This document shows, in pieces, positions 1 to 9,617 of a stretch of DNA of 64,000 nt. How positions within the stretch are numbered: the first letter of the stretch is position 1; each line of letters begins with the position of its first letter. The stretch is from NCBI GenBank assembly GCA_029008615.1, contig JAQXJI010000037.1:381-64380 (forward strand), written 5' to 3'. The notes beneath the pieces were generated by a model. It had not been told where the DNA came from, searched no databases, and was given only the letters and a program-made list of their open reading frames with translations. The translations under genes and the position numbers were made by a program. The stretch comes from Elusimicrobiota bacterium (lineage in GTDB: Bacteria; Elusimicrobiota; Elusimicrobia; Elusimicrobiales; Elusimicrobiaceae).

Positions 1-138
1 ACTAAGTATGATGCGCCCAAAGGGCGCGCAGTACCCAAGCAAGGAAAAAATTAAAAATTACCTAAATATTAAAGTCTGCTAGCCTAAACAACACAACTTA
101 ACACGAGTAAAAAAACAAATCCGGCCGCGCCGCTTGCC

Positions 139-696
139 CTAGGGCCTAAAACAGTCCGCGCACCTGGCTTCGTAATCTTCCGCCCCACCGACGTAAATCC
201 TTGTTTTCACATCCACCAGCCTTTGCGTCCTGGTGGCGGGTTTTCCGCAGCGGGTGCAGCGCGCGGAAAGCTTTGTTACATTATCGGCTACGGCCAAAAG
301 CCTGGCAGTGCTTTCAAACGGAACAGCCTGATAATCCAAATCCAAACCGCAGCATATAACCCGCTTGCCCAGCCCCGCTATTTTTAAAGCGACGGTGGAA
401 ATATCTCTGCCGAAGAAGTTTACTTCGTCCAAAGCGACTACGTCGGTATCTTTTTTTAGCAAAGCTAAAATCTCCTCCGCTTTGCCAACGTGTACGGCGT
501 CTATCGTTTTTAAATCGTGGGTGGCTATCGCTCTTACCGCGTAGCGTTTATCCTTGCTGGAATTAAAAACCTGCACTTTCTGCCCGGCGTGCTGGCAAAC
601 TTCTATACGCCTGATAAGTTCCGTAGTTTTTCCCGAAAACATACAACCGCAAACCACTTCTATACTGCCAAAACCTTTCTTCTTTTCCGCTGACAT
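139..696 (-). CDS. tdk: thymidine kinase
   Basis: P-loop GCMFSGKTTEL near the N-terminus and C-terminal Zn-ribbon cysteines (CTRCG ... CADC). ORF 139..759 is trimmed to the ATG at 696, which is preceded by GGAGGC; the longer ORF would run into lptD. Confidence 0.9.
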   Translation of the reverse strand: MSAEKKKGFGSIEVVCGCMFSGKTTELIRRIEVCQHAGQKVQVFNSSKDKRYAVRAIATHDLKTIDAVHVGKAEEILALLKKDTDVVALDEVNFFGRDISTVALKIAGLGKRVICCGLDLDYQAVPFESTARLLAVADNVTKLSARCTRCGKPATRTQRLVDVKTRIYVGGAEDYEARCADCFRP

Positions 697-706
697 TTCA
701 GCCTCC

Positions 707-2791
707 TTAAAAATTATCGCGAACCATACTGTCATCACGCCACGGACGCCAATATTCATCGGCTTGGGTTTGGGCTTTGTTCTTCTTGCCCGCGCCGCAA
801 AGTATATTTATCCTGAACGAAAAGGAAAGGTTTTGATTCCTGTCCCTAACGCCTACCATAACGCTTATATCGTGAAAATCTTTATAAATTTTTATATGTT
901 TTGAATACGCGTACAAACTGGAATCGCTGACGCTGACATCAATGCCCATATCGGCGCGCCAAGTAAAATTTTTGGGCGCTATCAGGAATTTGGTCGTAAA
1001 GAGAAATTTATCCCTGTCGGTGCTGTAATTGGTCATACCGAAATTGGCGTAGCTATCCCCTATACTCTTAAAAATACTGTCCAAAACAAAAGCTTGGTTG
1101 CCGTTGTGTACGTCGTAAATATTCTGCAAAAACAAATGCGCCCCGGTATAAGGGGAAAAATATCCCGCTTCCGCCGTTATAGGTTCTATGCGGTATTTTG
1201 CTTCCCAACTTTCGCTTGAATCCCTTAAATCGTACCCGCCGGCAAGCTTAAAATAAAAATTCTGCCCGAGCATATAATAGTTTTGTATATACAGCAGATT
1301 TTCTTCCTCGTCGGTATCCTGATATTCTATATTGGTAAGCGATCCGCTGGCCGTGCGTTTTGTATAGCGATATCCTATATCCAAAAGGCCGGTTATCAAA
1401 TTGGATCTTAAATTAAGTTCCCCTCCGTAACGGCCGACGAAAGTATCTTCATCGTTATTGGTGGGGTCTTTTAAAATAGCGTCTTGCTTATAGAATGCGC
1501 TGGGCGTTAAAGTAAAATTAGGATGAAGTTTAAAATCCTTGGAACTGCGCCAATTTGCGTTGATATATTGGACGAAGTCATACTCTTCTATTTTTGCATT
1601 ATTAAAACCGACTGAAAAATTATTCACTATCCCGCCCGTACCTTTTATTACGAAAGGATTGAAAATCAAATCTATTTTAGGGGCGTACTCCTCCGCATTG
1701 GAATAGGTTTTATCGTCGGCATTTAACTGTTCGCGCCTAGTGTAGCCGATGCGGAAAGTTTCCCAGCCGCTTTGCCTTACGGCGGAAAGGCGCGTAAGTT
1801 TATCCGGGGAAACCACATAAGGATTGGAACGGAAAAAGTCGTCATTAAAATCAGCGTCGGAAACATTCCTGGTTTCAAACTGGCTGAAGTAAATCGCCCC
1901 GCTGCCTTTGTTAAGGCTGTCGGAAGTATCGGCGACTTCCCACCAATAACCGCCGTCAACGCCCCAGCGCTGTTCGTCCTGCACTTTATCGCGTATGGTA
2001 TAGGCCTGCAAAGAACCGCGGAAGCGCTGCGGGTCTTCATAAGAAACTTCCGCCCCGTAACCGAAACCGGAACGAGTATAATAGTCCAAATTGGCCGCCG
2101 CCGCAAAATTGCCTTTTGCATATACCGTGGAAGTAAGAAACCCGAAGCCGGTATTGTCGCTTTGGTCAAAATCCACATAGGTCGTAAACAACCTGTCCGT
2201 ATTTAAAGAACGGTAAACAAAAGGTAAATAAAATACGGGCACTTTGCCTATTTTTACCACCGCGTTGGTGGCCCAAACTCTGTCGCCGGGGATAAGATCC
2301 GCCTTACCGACGTAAAGAGTATAGTGGGGCTTTTCAAAATCGCAGCAGGTTATATTGGCCTTTCTTAAAATATACTGACCGTCTTCGGCCTCAATAGTTT
2401 TTGTGGAAAGCACGCGTATAGGCGAATAATCGGCTTTAATATCTTCCATAATGACGGCTTTGGAAGCCAAATCAAACTTAATTCCGTTGGAGGTAAAAAC
2501 GCCTTTTTCTTCCTCTATAACGGTAGTGCCGTTGGAAACCAATATCTGCTCTTTTACATATACTTGTATATCGTCGCCTTTTATTATGCGAGTGGTTTGG
2601 CCGTCTTCTATATAAATTTCGGCATTGCCTTTTATCGCAACGACGGAATTATTTTTATCGTAGACGGTTTCATCGGCGGTGTAATAAATGAACTCCCCCT
2701 TGGTAGGGGCCGGGAGTTCAAAATCCTCCGCCGCCAAATTAACTCCGATGAGTAAAAGGCAAAAAAGTAAAGTAAAAAATTTATTTTTCAT
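707..2791 (-). CDS. lptD: LPS-assembly outer-membrane protein LptD (OstA family)
   Basis: Signal peptide MKNKFFTLLFCLLLIGVNLAA, an N-terminal OstA-like segment, and the LptD-typical stretch ITCCDFEKPHY...GKVPVFYLPF. A long aromatic-rich beta-barrel-like region follows. Start chosen at ATG 2791 (ORF track starts at 2809). Confidence 0.8.
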   Translation of the reverse strand: MKNKFFTLLFCLLLIGVNLAAEDFELPAPTKGEFIYYTADETVYDKNNSVVAIKGNAEIYIEDGQTTRIIKGDDIQVYVKEQILVSNGTTVIEEEKGVFTSNGIKFDLASKAVIMEDIKADYSPIRVLSTKTIEAEDGQYILRKANITCCDFEKPHYTLYVGKADLIPGDRVWATNAVVKIGKVPVFYLPFVYRSLNTDRLFTTYVDFDQSDNTGFGFLTSTVYAKGNFAAAANLDYYTRSGFGYGAEVSYEDPQRFRGSLQAYTIRDKVQDEQRWGVDGGYWWEVADTSDSLNKGSGAIYFSQFETRNVSDADFNDDFFRSNPYVVSPDKLTRLSAVRQSGWETFRIGYTRREQLNADDKTYSNAEEYAPKIDLIFNPFVIKGTGGIVNNFSVGFNNAKIEEYDFVQYINANWRSSKDFKLHPNFTLTPSAFYKQDAILKDPTNNDEDTFVGRYGGELNLRSNLITGLLDIGYRYTKRTASGSLTNIEYQDTDEEENLLYIQNYYMLGQNFYFKLAGGYDLRDSSESWEAKYRIEPITAEAGYFSPYTGAHLFLQNIYDVHNGNQAFVLDSIFKSIGDSYANFGMTNYSTDRDKFLFTTKFLIAPKNFTWRADMGIDVSVSDSSLYAYSKHIKIYKDFHDISVMVGVRDRNQNLSFSFRINILCGAGKKNKAQTQADEYWRPWRDDSMVRDNF

Positions 2792-3731
2792 TTGCTTTGT
2801 GCAGCGCATACAACGCGGCGCCTACGCCGCCGATATTGCCCTCTTTGGACAAAAGAATTTTTACGTTTTTAAAAGGCGTTTTGACCGCCTGTTTTTCAAA
2901 AACTTCTTTAACCGAAGGCAGAAAATACTTTGCCCCGCGGGAAACCCCGCCCGCCAAAACAATGGCGTTGGGATTAAGCAAAAGTACCATATCGGCCAAG
3001 CCGCGGCCCAAATACGCACCGATTTCCTTCCATAAATTTAAAGCCACTTCGTCATCCTGAGCGGCGGCCTTAGAAAGCAAACTTACGGAAAACTCTTCGG
3101 TATTAATCAAATTGGCTAAAACGGATTTCGGGTACTTGGCGCAGGCGGCCTGAGCCATACGCAAAATGCCTTTGGTGCCGGCATAAGATTCCAAACATCC
3201 GCGCTGTCCGCAGCCGCAAAGCGGGGCTTCCTGGGAGAAATCTATCTTCATATGGCCCAACTCACCCGCCGAACCGTCCGCACCTTGATAAAGCCCGCCG
3301 TTTATTATTATGCCGCCGCCTATGCCTGTACCCAAAGTTACGATTATCATATTTTTGTATTTGCCCTTAAATTCCCGGTCAAATACGCCCCACGCAGCCA
3401 TATTGGCGTCGTTGGAAACATAACATTCACAGCCGGTATTTTCCTTCATAATTCGGGCGACTTTCAGATTATGCCAAGGAATGTTCGGGGCCCAGCGCAA
3501 AACGCCTTTTTCAGGGTCGGTATCTCCGGCTATACCCACGCCCAGTACGACTGATTTATCCTTAAACTCCCCGCGCCACTCGTTTACTATCCTTGAAAGC
3601 TGCGCCAGAAAGGCGTTCCCGCCCAAAGTGGTGTAAGTCGGGATTTTATCCGTTTTAAGGATTCTTTTTTTATCGTTTACCGCAAAGAATTTTACAAAAG
3701 TACCGCCGATATCTATACCTATCGAAATCAT
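2781..3731 (-). CDS. ROK-family glucokinase
   Basis: N-terminal sugar-kinase motif IGIDIGGT, TLGTGIGGG, and the ROK zinc motif GHM...CGCGQRGCLE. Confidence 0.85.
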   Translation of the reverse strand: MISIGIDIGGTFVKFFAVNDKKRILKTDKIPTYTTLGGNAFLAQLSRIVNEWRGEFKDKSVVLGVGIAGDTDPEKGVLRWAPNIPWHNLKVARIMKENTGCECYVSNDANMAAWGVFDREFKGKYKNMIIVTLGTGIGGGIIINGGLYQGADGSAGELGHMKIDFSQEAPLCGCGQRGCLESYAGTKGILRMAQAACAKYPKSVLANLINTEEFSVSLLSKAAAQDDEVALNLWKEIGAYLGRGLADMVLLLNPNAIVLAGGVSRGAKYFLPSVKEVFEKQAVKTPFKNVKILLSKEGNIGGVGAALYALHKANEK

Positions 3732-4609
3732 TTTTTCACCTCGCTTTCGGGATGAGCCGCATTATACACCTTCTTCAGTTTTTCCAAAGAGACGTGAGTA
3801 TAAACCTGAGTCGCGGCCAAACTTTTATGCCCGAGCATTTCCTGTAAACTTCTTAAATCGCAGCCGTTGTTTAAAAGATGCGTCGCAAAAGAATGCCTTA
3901 AACTGTGCGGCGTAACTTTGCGCGCAACGTGGCTGCTTATTGCGCTTTTTTTAATTATCTGGGCCAAACCTTCCCCGCTTAAACGCCCGCCTTTGCTGCC
4001 TAAAAACAATGCGTCCCCGGGCTGTACATTGGGGCGGGTGGCCAAATAATTTTCCAAACAGTCCAAAGCCAAATCGGTTACCGGCACAAGCCTTTCTTTT
4101 GAGCCTTTGCCCAGAACTTTTACCCAGCCTTCGTCAAAATTGACGTCGCTTACGTTAAGAGATACCGTTTCGCTGCGCCTGAGCCCGCTGGAATAAAGAA
4201 GTTCCAAAACGGCTTTATTCCTGTAATGAAAGCGGTGGCTTATTTCCGCTTCCATAAGGCCGGAGGCTTCATCTTCCGTCAAAAACGAAGGCAGTTTCTT
4301 TTCCCGCTTGGGAGCGGAAAACAAAGTAAAAGGATTAACCTTTATCAGCCCGCGGTTCGCCAAAAAACGGGCAAAACTCCTAAGCGCGCTTATCTTACGA
4401 AGAACCGAAGCGCGGGAAATTGCCTTTTCGCTCTCGTAAGATAAATACTTCCTTATGTTCCTTAAATTAAAATCTTTTACAGATATCAAACCCCTTAAGT
4501 TCATAAAAGCCGCAAAAGCTTCCAAATCGCTCTCATAAGCGCGCAAAGTATGCGCGGATAAATTGCGGCCTTTTAAACTTAAACCAAAGTTTTCTATCTG
4601 CTTAAGCAT
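3728..4609 (-). CDS. xerC: tyrosine site-specific recombinase, XerC/XerD family
   Basis: N-terminal SAM-like core-binding region. Catalytic C-terminal motifs LYSSGLRRSE, HSLRHSFATHLL and LGHKSLAATQVYTHV. I cannot discriminate XerC from XerD by eye. Confidence 0.8.
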   Translation of the reverse strand: MLKQIENFGLSLKGRNLSAHTLRAYESDLEAFAAFMNLRGLISVKDFNLRNIRKYLSYESEKAISRASVLRKISALRSFARFLANRGLIKVNPFTLFSAPKREKKLPSFLTEDEASGLMEAEISHRFHYRNKAVLELLYSSGLRRSETVSLNVSDVNFDEGWVKVLGKGSKERLVPVTDLALDCLENYLATRPNVQPGDALFLGSKGGRLSGEGLAQIIKKSAISSHVARKVTPHSLRHSFATHLLNNGCDLRSLQEMLGHKSLAATQVYTHVSLEKLKKVYNAAHPESEVKK

Positions 4610-6914
4610 CTTTCTTTTCGTTCAATTTCTTTATCGCGGCTTCTTCTTCCGGCGTGATATTGACTATATTTTTACACTTTGGATATCCGCTGCAACCCAA
4701 AAATGCGCCTTTTGCGCTATGCCTTAAAACAAGCGGTTTGCCACATTTTTCGCACTTTCTGCCGGAATCCAAAGGCCCGCTTGAAGCCACTCTGTTGCCT
4801 TGAGCGTCCACCGAATAAGTATTGCGGCATTTGGGGTAAGCCGAACAAGCCATAAAACGGCCTTTTCTGCCCGTTCTTATAACCATAGGAGAACCGCATT
4901 TTTCGCATTTTTCGGCGGTTTCTTCCGGCGCGGGGAATGAGGATCCGCTTAAATTCTTTTTACCTTGACATTTATCCGGATAGTTTATGCAAGTAAGATA
5001 TTCCCCGTATTTGCTGCGGCGGCGCACCATAGGAGAACCGCAAATCGGGCATTGTTCCCCTTCGGCCACACTCGGCGCGGGTTTGCGCATATTTTTGGAA
5101 GCGTTGTCCAAATCGCGAGTAAATCCGCTGTAAAAACCGCTTATAACTTCCACCCACTTTTTATCGCCTTCGGCGATATCGTCCAAAGTTTCTTCCACGC
5201 CGGCGGTGTAGGAAAGGTCCATAATGTCCTTAAAAAATTCCTTAAGCTGTTCCGTAACGGTTATACCCAAATCCGTCGCGATAAGCTTATTGCCCTTGGC
5301 TTGCTTTTCTATATACTTTCTGTCCATAATGGTTTTTATGGTAGGGGCATAAGTTGAAGGCCTGCCTATGCCGTGCTTTTCCAAGGTTTTAATCAGGCTG
5401 GCTTCGTTATAGTTCGGCGGAGGCGTTGTTTTATGGTCTTTGGTGTCTATGCCCAAAAGTTTTAAAGTATCGCCCTGCTCCAAAGGCGGGAGCAAAGCGG
5501 AAGAATCGTCTTTTGCGTCGTCGTCATTATTTTCGCGTTCGTCGGCTTCCTCTTGATAAACGGAAAGATAACCTTTGAATTTAACCGTCCTGCCGTTGGC
5601 GCGCAGCAGGCATTTTTCTTTGCCGCCGGCGGAAATATCTACGGCCACGGTATTGAACAAAGCTTCCGCCATTTGAGAGGCTACAAAGCGCAGCCAAATA
5701 AGTTCGTAAAGTTTGTATTGATCCGCCGTAAGATAATTTTTAAGGCTTTGCGGAGTTCTGTAAACGTCCGTAGGGTGGATAGACTCGTGCGCTTCCTGCG
5801 CACCTTTTACTTTGCTCTTAAACACCGGCGCTGTTTTAGGTGCATATTCCGGACCGTATTTTTCTTTAATAAATTTTGAAGTCTGCGCTTGAAGCTGTTT
5901 TGACACGTTGAAAGAGTCGGTTCTCATATAAGTTATCAAACCGACGGTCTGCCCGCCGATTTCAATACCTTCGTACAAGCTTTGCGCCACCTGCATAGTT
6001 TTTTGCGAAGTAAAACCTATTTTATTATAAGCGTCCTGCTGCATAGAGCTGGTTATAAAAGGCGGACGCGCTTTTTGTTTGACTTCTTTCTTTTCCACCT
6101 TTTCAACGACAATCGGCCCTTGCCTTAAGGCGGCGTTGACGGGGGCCAAAGATTCGTTGGTGTTAAATACGGTGGATTTTACTTTGTAATCTTCCGCAAA
6201 AAGTTTATAGGTTACTGTTTTTTCTACATTTTTGCCTTCCCATTTAAGCAAGCGGGCGGAAAAAGAAGGTTTTTGATTTTCTTTTTCCAAAAAAGCTTTT
6301 ATCGTCCAGTAAACCTGTTCTTTAAAATCCGCGATTTCCTTGGCGCGTTCGGTTAAAAGGCGCACCGCGACGGACTGCACGCGCCCCGCGCTGAGCCCGC
6401 TGGTTATTTTGCGCCACAAAAGCGGAGAAAGTTTATAACCCACCAATCTGTCCAAAACGCGGCGCGCCTGTTGGGCGTCAACAAGGTTATGGTCTATTCC
6501 GCGGGCGTGTTCGAAAGATTCTTTTACCGCCGTAGGGGTAATCTCGTGGAAGTAAATGCGGCGGGTGTTTTCCGGCTTTAAATGCAGAAGTTCCTGCAAA
6601 TGCCAGGCGATAGCTTCACCTTCGCGGTCAGGGTCGGTGGCGAGGTATACCGTTGAAGCGTTTTTAACGGCCTCTTTAAGTTCACTGATAACCCTGGGTT
6701 TGCCGCTTATTACATAGGTAGGTTTAAAATTGTTTTTTTCGTCTACGCCGATTTCTTTTGAAGGCAAATCGCGCACGTGGCCGAAAGAACTCCTTACGAT
6801 ATAAGAAGAACCCAATATCTTGCTTATCGTTTTCTGCTTTGTGGGGGATTCCACGATAATCAATTCTTTGCCTTTCGGTTTCGCTACGGACGCTTTATTT
6901 TGATTGGTTGCCAT
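4602..6914 (-). CDS. topA: DNA topoisomerase I
   Basis: Toprim motifs IVESPTKQKT and DPDREGE, and the active-site Tyr context ITYMRTDS. The C-terminus carries repeated CxxC...C zinc-ribbon modules (CPICGSPM, CEKCGSPM, CEKCGKPL). Confidence 0.95.
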   Translation of the reverse strand: MATNQNKASVAKPKGKELIIVESPTKQKTISKILGSSYIVRSSFGHVRDLPSKEIGVDEKNNFKPTYVISGKPRVISELKEAVKNASTVYLATDPDREGEAIAWHLQELLHLKPENTRRIYFHEITPTAVKESFEHARGIDHNLVDAQQARRVLDRLVGYKLSPLLWRKITSGLSAGRVQSVAVRLLTERAKEIADFKEQVYWTIKAFLEKENQKPSFSARLLKWEGKNVEKTVTYKLFAEDYKVKSTVFNTNESLAPVNAALRQGPIVVEKVEKKEVKQKARPPFITSSMQQDAYNKIGFTSQKTMQVAQSLYEGIEIGGQTVGLITYMRTDSFNVSKQLQAQTSKFIKEKYGPEYAPKTAPVFKSKVKGAQEAHESIHPTDVYRTPQSLKNYLTADQYKLYELIWLRFVASQMAEALFNTVAVDISAGGKEKCLLRANGRTVKFKGYLSVYQEEADERENNDDDAKDDSSALLPPLEQGDTLKLLGIDTKDHKTTPPPNYNEASLIKTLEKHGIGRPSTYAPTIKTIMDRKYIEKQAKGNKLIATDLGITVTEQLKEFFKDIMDLSYTAGVEETLDDIAEGDKKWVEVISGFYSGFTRDLDNASKNMRKPAPSVAEGEQCPICGSPMVRRRSKYGEYLTCINYPDKCQGKKNLSGSSFPAPEETAEKCEKCGSPMVIRTGRKGRFMACSAYPKCRNTYSVDAQGNRVASSGPLDSGRKCEKCGKPLVLRHSAKGAFLGCSGYPKCKNIVNITPEEEAAIKKLNEKKDA

Positions 6915-6944
6915 TTTATAAGTCCTCTGAATATATATAAAATC

Positions 6945-8066
6945 TTAAAATTTCTTTCTGCTGTATTTGCCGTCGGCGCAGCTGATTACGCCGCTTACTT
7001 CCAGCGAAAACAAAACGCCGGAAAGTTCGCTTATCGGCATATTTAAAGCCAAAGCCAAATCATCCGTACTGACGGAACCCGAGCCTATGGCTTCAACTAC
7101 CGAGCGTTCCCGCTCGGAGAGTTCCTCCAACGGGGGCTTTTCTTCATTATAAAGTTTTTTAGTGTTAAGGCCAAGTTTTAAGTTTAAAGGCAGGCAGTCT
7201 ATAATATCCGCCGCACTTAAAACCATACCGGCGCCTTCCTTGATAAGCTTATTTGGGCCGGCGCTTTGCGGGGAATCTATCGGGCCGGGAACCGCCAAAA
7301 CGTCTATACCTTGCTCCAAAGCCATTTTGGCAGTAATAAGCGCGCCGGATTTTACTTCCCCCTCGACTACCACCACAAGCTTTGAAAGCCCCGCTATCAA
7401 GCGGTTACGCCTTGGAAAATGCTGAGCCAAAGGCGGAGCGTCAAAAGGGAGTTCGGATATTATCGCGCCGCCGGTATCAAGTATGCCGCGGGCGAGCTCC
7501 CTGTTTTCCGCAGGATAGCACCTGCCTATGCCCGTTCCGATAAGAGCAAGCGTAGGTTTGCCGTTTCTGACGGCGGCGGAATGAACCGCAGTATCAACTC
7601 CTCTTGCCAAACCGCTTACCAAAACGACCCCGGCCAAGGCCAAATCTTCCGCAAGCTTGGAAGCGGCTCTTCTGCCGTAAGGCGTTATTTTGCGCGTGCC
7701 GACTACGGCCGCGTTTGCGCTGTTTTCGGCGGGCAATACTCCGCGCACATATAAAACCAAAGGCGGCTCTTTTATGCTTAAAAGTTCTTCGGGGTAGCCT
7801 TCTTCCCCTTTAAAATAAATTTTGCCGTTTACTTTATCGGTTTTTCCAAATTCGGCTTCGGCGTCAAGGCGAGAAGCGGTTTCCAAAAATTTAGAGGCCG
7901 TTTCAAGCGATATTTTGCCTTCCTCGCTTAAACGTTCCGGGGTTTGTTTAAGGATTTCACACGGGGAAGAAAAAATTTCCAAAAGGCGTCCGAGCCAATC
8001 GGCCCTTAAAAAGCTGAAAGAGTTTATTTTGATTAAAGCCAGTTTTTCTTCGTATGACAAAGCCAT
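6945..8066 (-). CDS. dprA: DNA-processing protein DprA (Smf)
   Basis: Rossmann-like DprA core (GLARGVDTAVH, IGTGIGRCYP) with a C-terminal winged-helix-like tail. The dprA-topA neighbourhood is the conserved arrangement. Confidence 0.9.
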   Translation of the reverse strand: MALSYEEKLALIKINSFSFLRADWLGRLLEIFSSPCEILKQTPERLSEEGKISLETASKFLETASRLDAEAEFGKTDKVNGKIYFKGEEGYPEELLSIKEPPLVLYVRGVLPAENSANAAVVGTRKITPYGRRAASKLAEDLALAGVVLVSGLARGVDTAVHSAAVRNGKPTLALIGTGIGRCYPAENRELARGILDTGGAIISELPFDAPPLAQHFPRRNRLIAGLSKLVVVVEGEVKSGALITAKMALEQGIDVLAVPGPIDSPQSAGPNKLIKEGAGMVLSAADIIDCLPLNLKLGLNTKKLYNEEKPPLEELSERERSVVEAIGSGSVSTDDLALALNMPISELSGVLFSLEVSGVISCADGKYSRKKF

Positions 8067-8074
8067 AATAAAAC

Positions 8075-9613
8075 CTATATGTCGCTTACGCCTTTTCTGT
8101 CAAAAGGGCGGTATTGCATAACTTCTATAATATGTTCTTTTTTAATATCTTTGCAGCCGGCCAAATCGGCTATCGTGCGCGCCGTCTTTAGGATTTTATC
8201 CAAACTTCTGGCGGAAAGGCCGAGCTTCTTCATAGCAAGTTCCAAAACCTCGCCACCGCCGGGGGGAAGAGGGCAAAACTCTTTTATTTCCGAAACCGTC
8301 ATAAAAGCGTTGGCGGTGGTTGCGCCGTTTTTAAAACGCTCTTTTTGCATTTCGCGCGCGGCGATGACGCGCTCCCTTATCTGCGCGCTGGTTTCACCTT
8401 CGGATTTTTTATTCCAGTCTTTATAATCCACCGGGTTTAAATTTACGGTTAAATCTATTCTGTCCAACAAAGGGCCGGACACTTTGGATTTATATCGGCT
8501 TATTTGCAAAGGCGTGCAGTTGCAGGTTTTTACATTATGGCCGTGATAACCGCAAGGGCAGGGATTCATAGCCGCTATCAAAGTGAACTTGGCCGGAAAG
8601 GTAAAACTGTCTTTGGCGCGCGATATCGTTACTTTAAATGTTTCAAGCGGTTCTCTTAACACCTCTAAAGACGAGCGGGAAAATTCCGCAAATTCGTCAA
8701 GGAACAAAACGCCGTTATGAGCAAGGCTGACTTCGCCCGGGCGCGGCGTTTGTCCGCCGCCTATTAAAGCTATATTGGAAATCGTATGATGCGGATCTCT
8801 GAAAGGCCGCCCCGGCATTTTGCCGTTCTTGCCCAAAAGTTTGCATACGGAATAAATCTGCAAAATATCAAGCCGCTCTTCCTTGGTTAAAGGAGGCAGA
8901 ATGCCGGCAAAACGCTTGGCAAGCATACTTTTGCCCGTACCCGGAGGGCCGACCAAAAGCACATTATGCCCGCCGGCCGCCGCTATTTCCAAAGCTCTTT
9001 TGGCCAAGGCTTGGCCTTTGACTTCGCTGAAATCCCCGGCGGAAACTTCCGGCAAGAAATCCTCTTCCGCAGCCACAGGGCAAGGCGGGAACTCCGCCCG
9101 GCCTTCCAACATATCAACGGTTTGCTTTAAGCTTACAGCGCCGAAAGCTTCAACCCCGGCGTATGCGGCTTCGGACATATTGTCAAAAGGAATTACGGCT
9201 TTGCGGCGTTTGCCTTTTTTAAGAGATATCAGCATAGGCAGCACTCCGCCGCAGGAATGTGTTTTGCCGTTAAGCCCCAAAGAACCTATAAAAACCATTT
9301 CGGAAGCTTTGGCGGCGGCTTCTTTGCTCAGCTGACCGCCGGCCGAAAGTATGCCTAAAGCTATCGGCAAATCAAAATGCGCGCCGGCTTTTTTAACTTC
9401 CGCCGGCGCAAGATTAACGGTAATTTTTTTTAAAGGTACGTCAAAACCGCTGTTTCTTATGGCGGCCAGCACACGGTCTTTGGCTTCTTTCACTTCCTGA
9501 TCCGGCAGGCCGACCAAAGAAAATGACGGCATACCGGCGGAAATATCAACTTCCACCGAAACCAAAAATCCCTCCAAAGCGTTGATACAGCTTGATACTA
9601 TGCCGGCTAACAT
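8075..9613 (-). CDS. comM: YifB/ComM-family Mg-chelatase-like AAA+ ATPase
   Basis: N-terminal Lon-protease-like domain, Walker A GPPGTGKSMLA, Walker B VLFLDEF, a CPCG zinc motif, and a C-terminal Mg_chelatase_C-like tail. Confidence 0.9.
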   Translation of the reverse strand: MLAGIVSSCINALEGFLVSVEVDISAGMPSFSLVGLPDQEVKEAKDRVLAAIRNSGFDVPLKKITVNLAPAEVKKAGAHFDLPIALGILSAGGQLSKEAAAKASEMVFIGSLGLNGKTHSCGGVLPMLISLKKGKRRKAVIPFDNMSEAAYAGVEAFGAVSLKQTVDMLEGRAEFPPCPVAAEEDFLPEVSAGDFSEVKGQALAKRALEIAAAGGHNVLLVGPPGTGKSMLAKRFAGILPPLTKEERLDILQIYSVCKLLGKNGKMPGRPFRDPHHTISNIALIGGGQTPRPGEVSLAHNGVLFLDEFAEFSRSSLEVLREPLETFKVTISRAKDSFTFPAKFTLIAAMNPCPCGYHGHNVKTCNCTPLQISRYKSKVSGPLLDRIDLTVNLNPVDYKDWNKKSEGETSAQIRERVIAAREMQKERFKNGATTANAFMTVSEIKEFCPLPPGGGEVLELAMKKLGLSARSLDKILKTARTIADLAGCKDIKKEHIIEVMQYRPFDRKGVSDI

Positions 9614-9617
9614 AAGA

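Noticed and set aside
1-138. Possible 3' end of a plus-strand gene (frame 1 is open from nt 1 to a TAA at 52..54), and a gcgccc-aaa-gggcgc hairpin at 12..26.
   Set aside because: Only 17 codons are visible with no recognisable motif. The hairpin has no flanking T-run on either strand. This is not enough evidence to annotate.
3728-4609. Tyrosine recombinase as a possible integrase marking a mobile element or prophage.
   Set aside because: It is XerC/XerD-sized (293 aa) and overlaps topA and the glucokinase gene within a housekeeping string. It has no adjacent tRNA, direct repeats, or phage or transposon genes.
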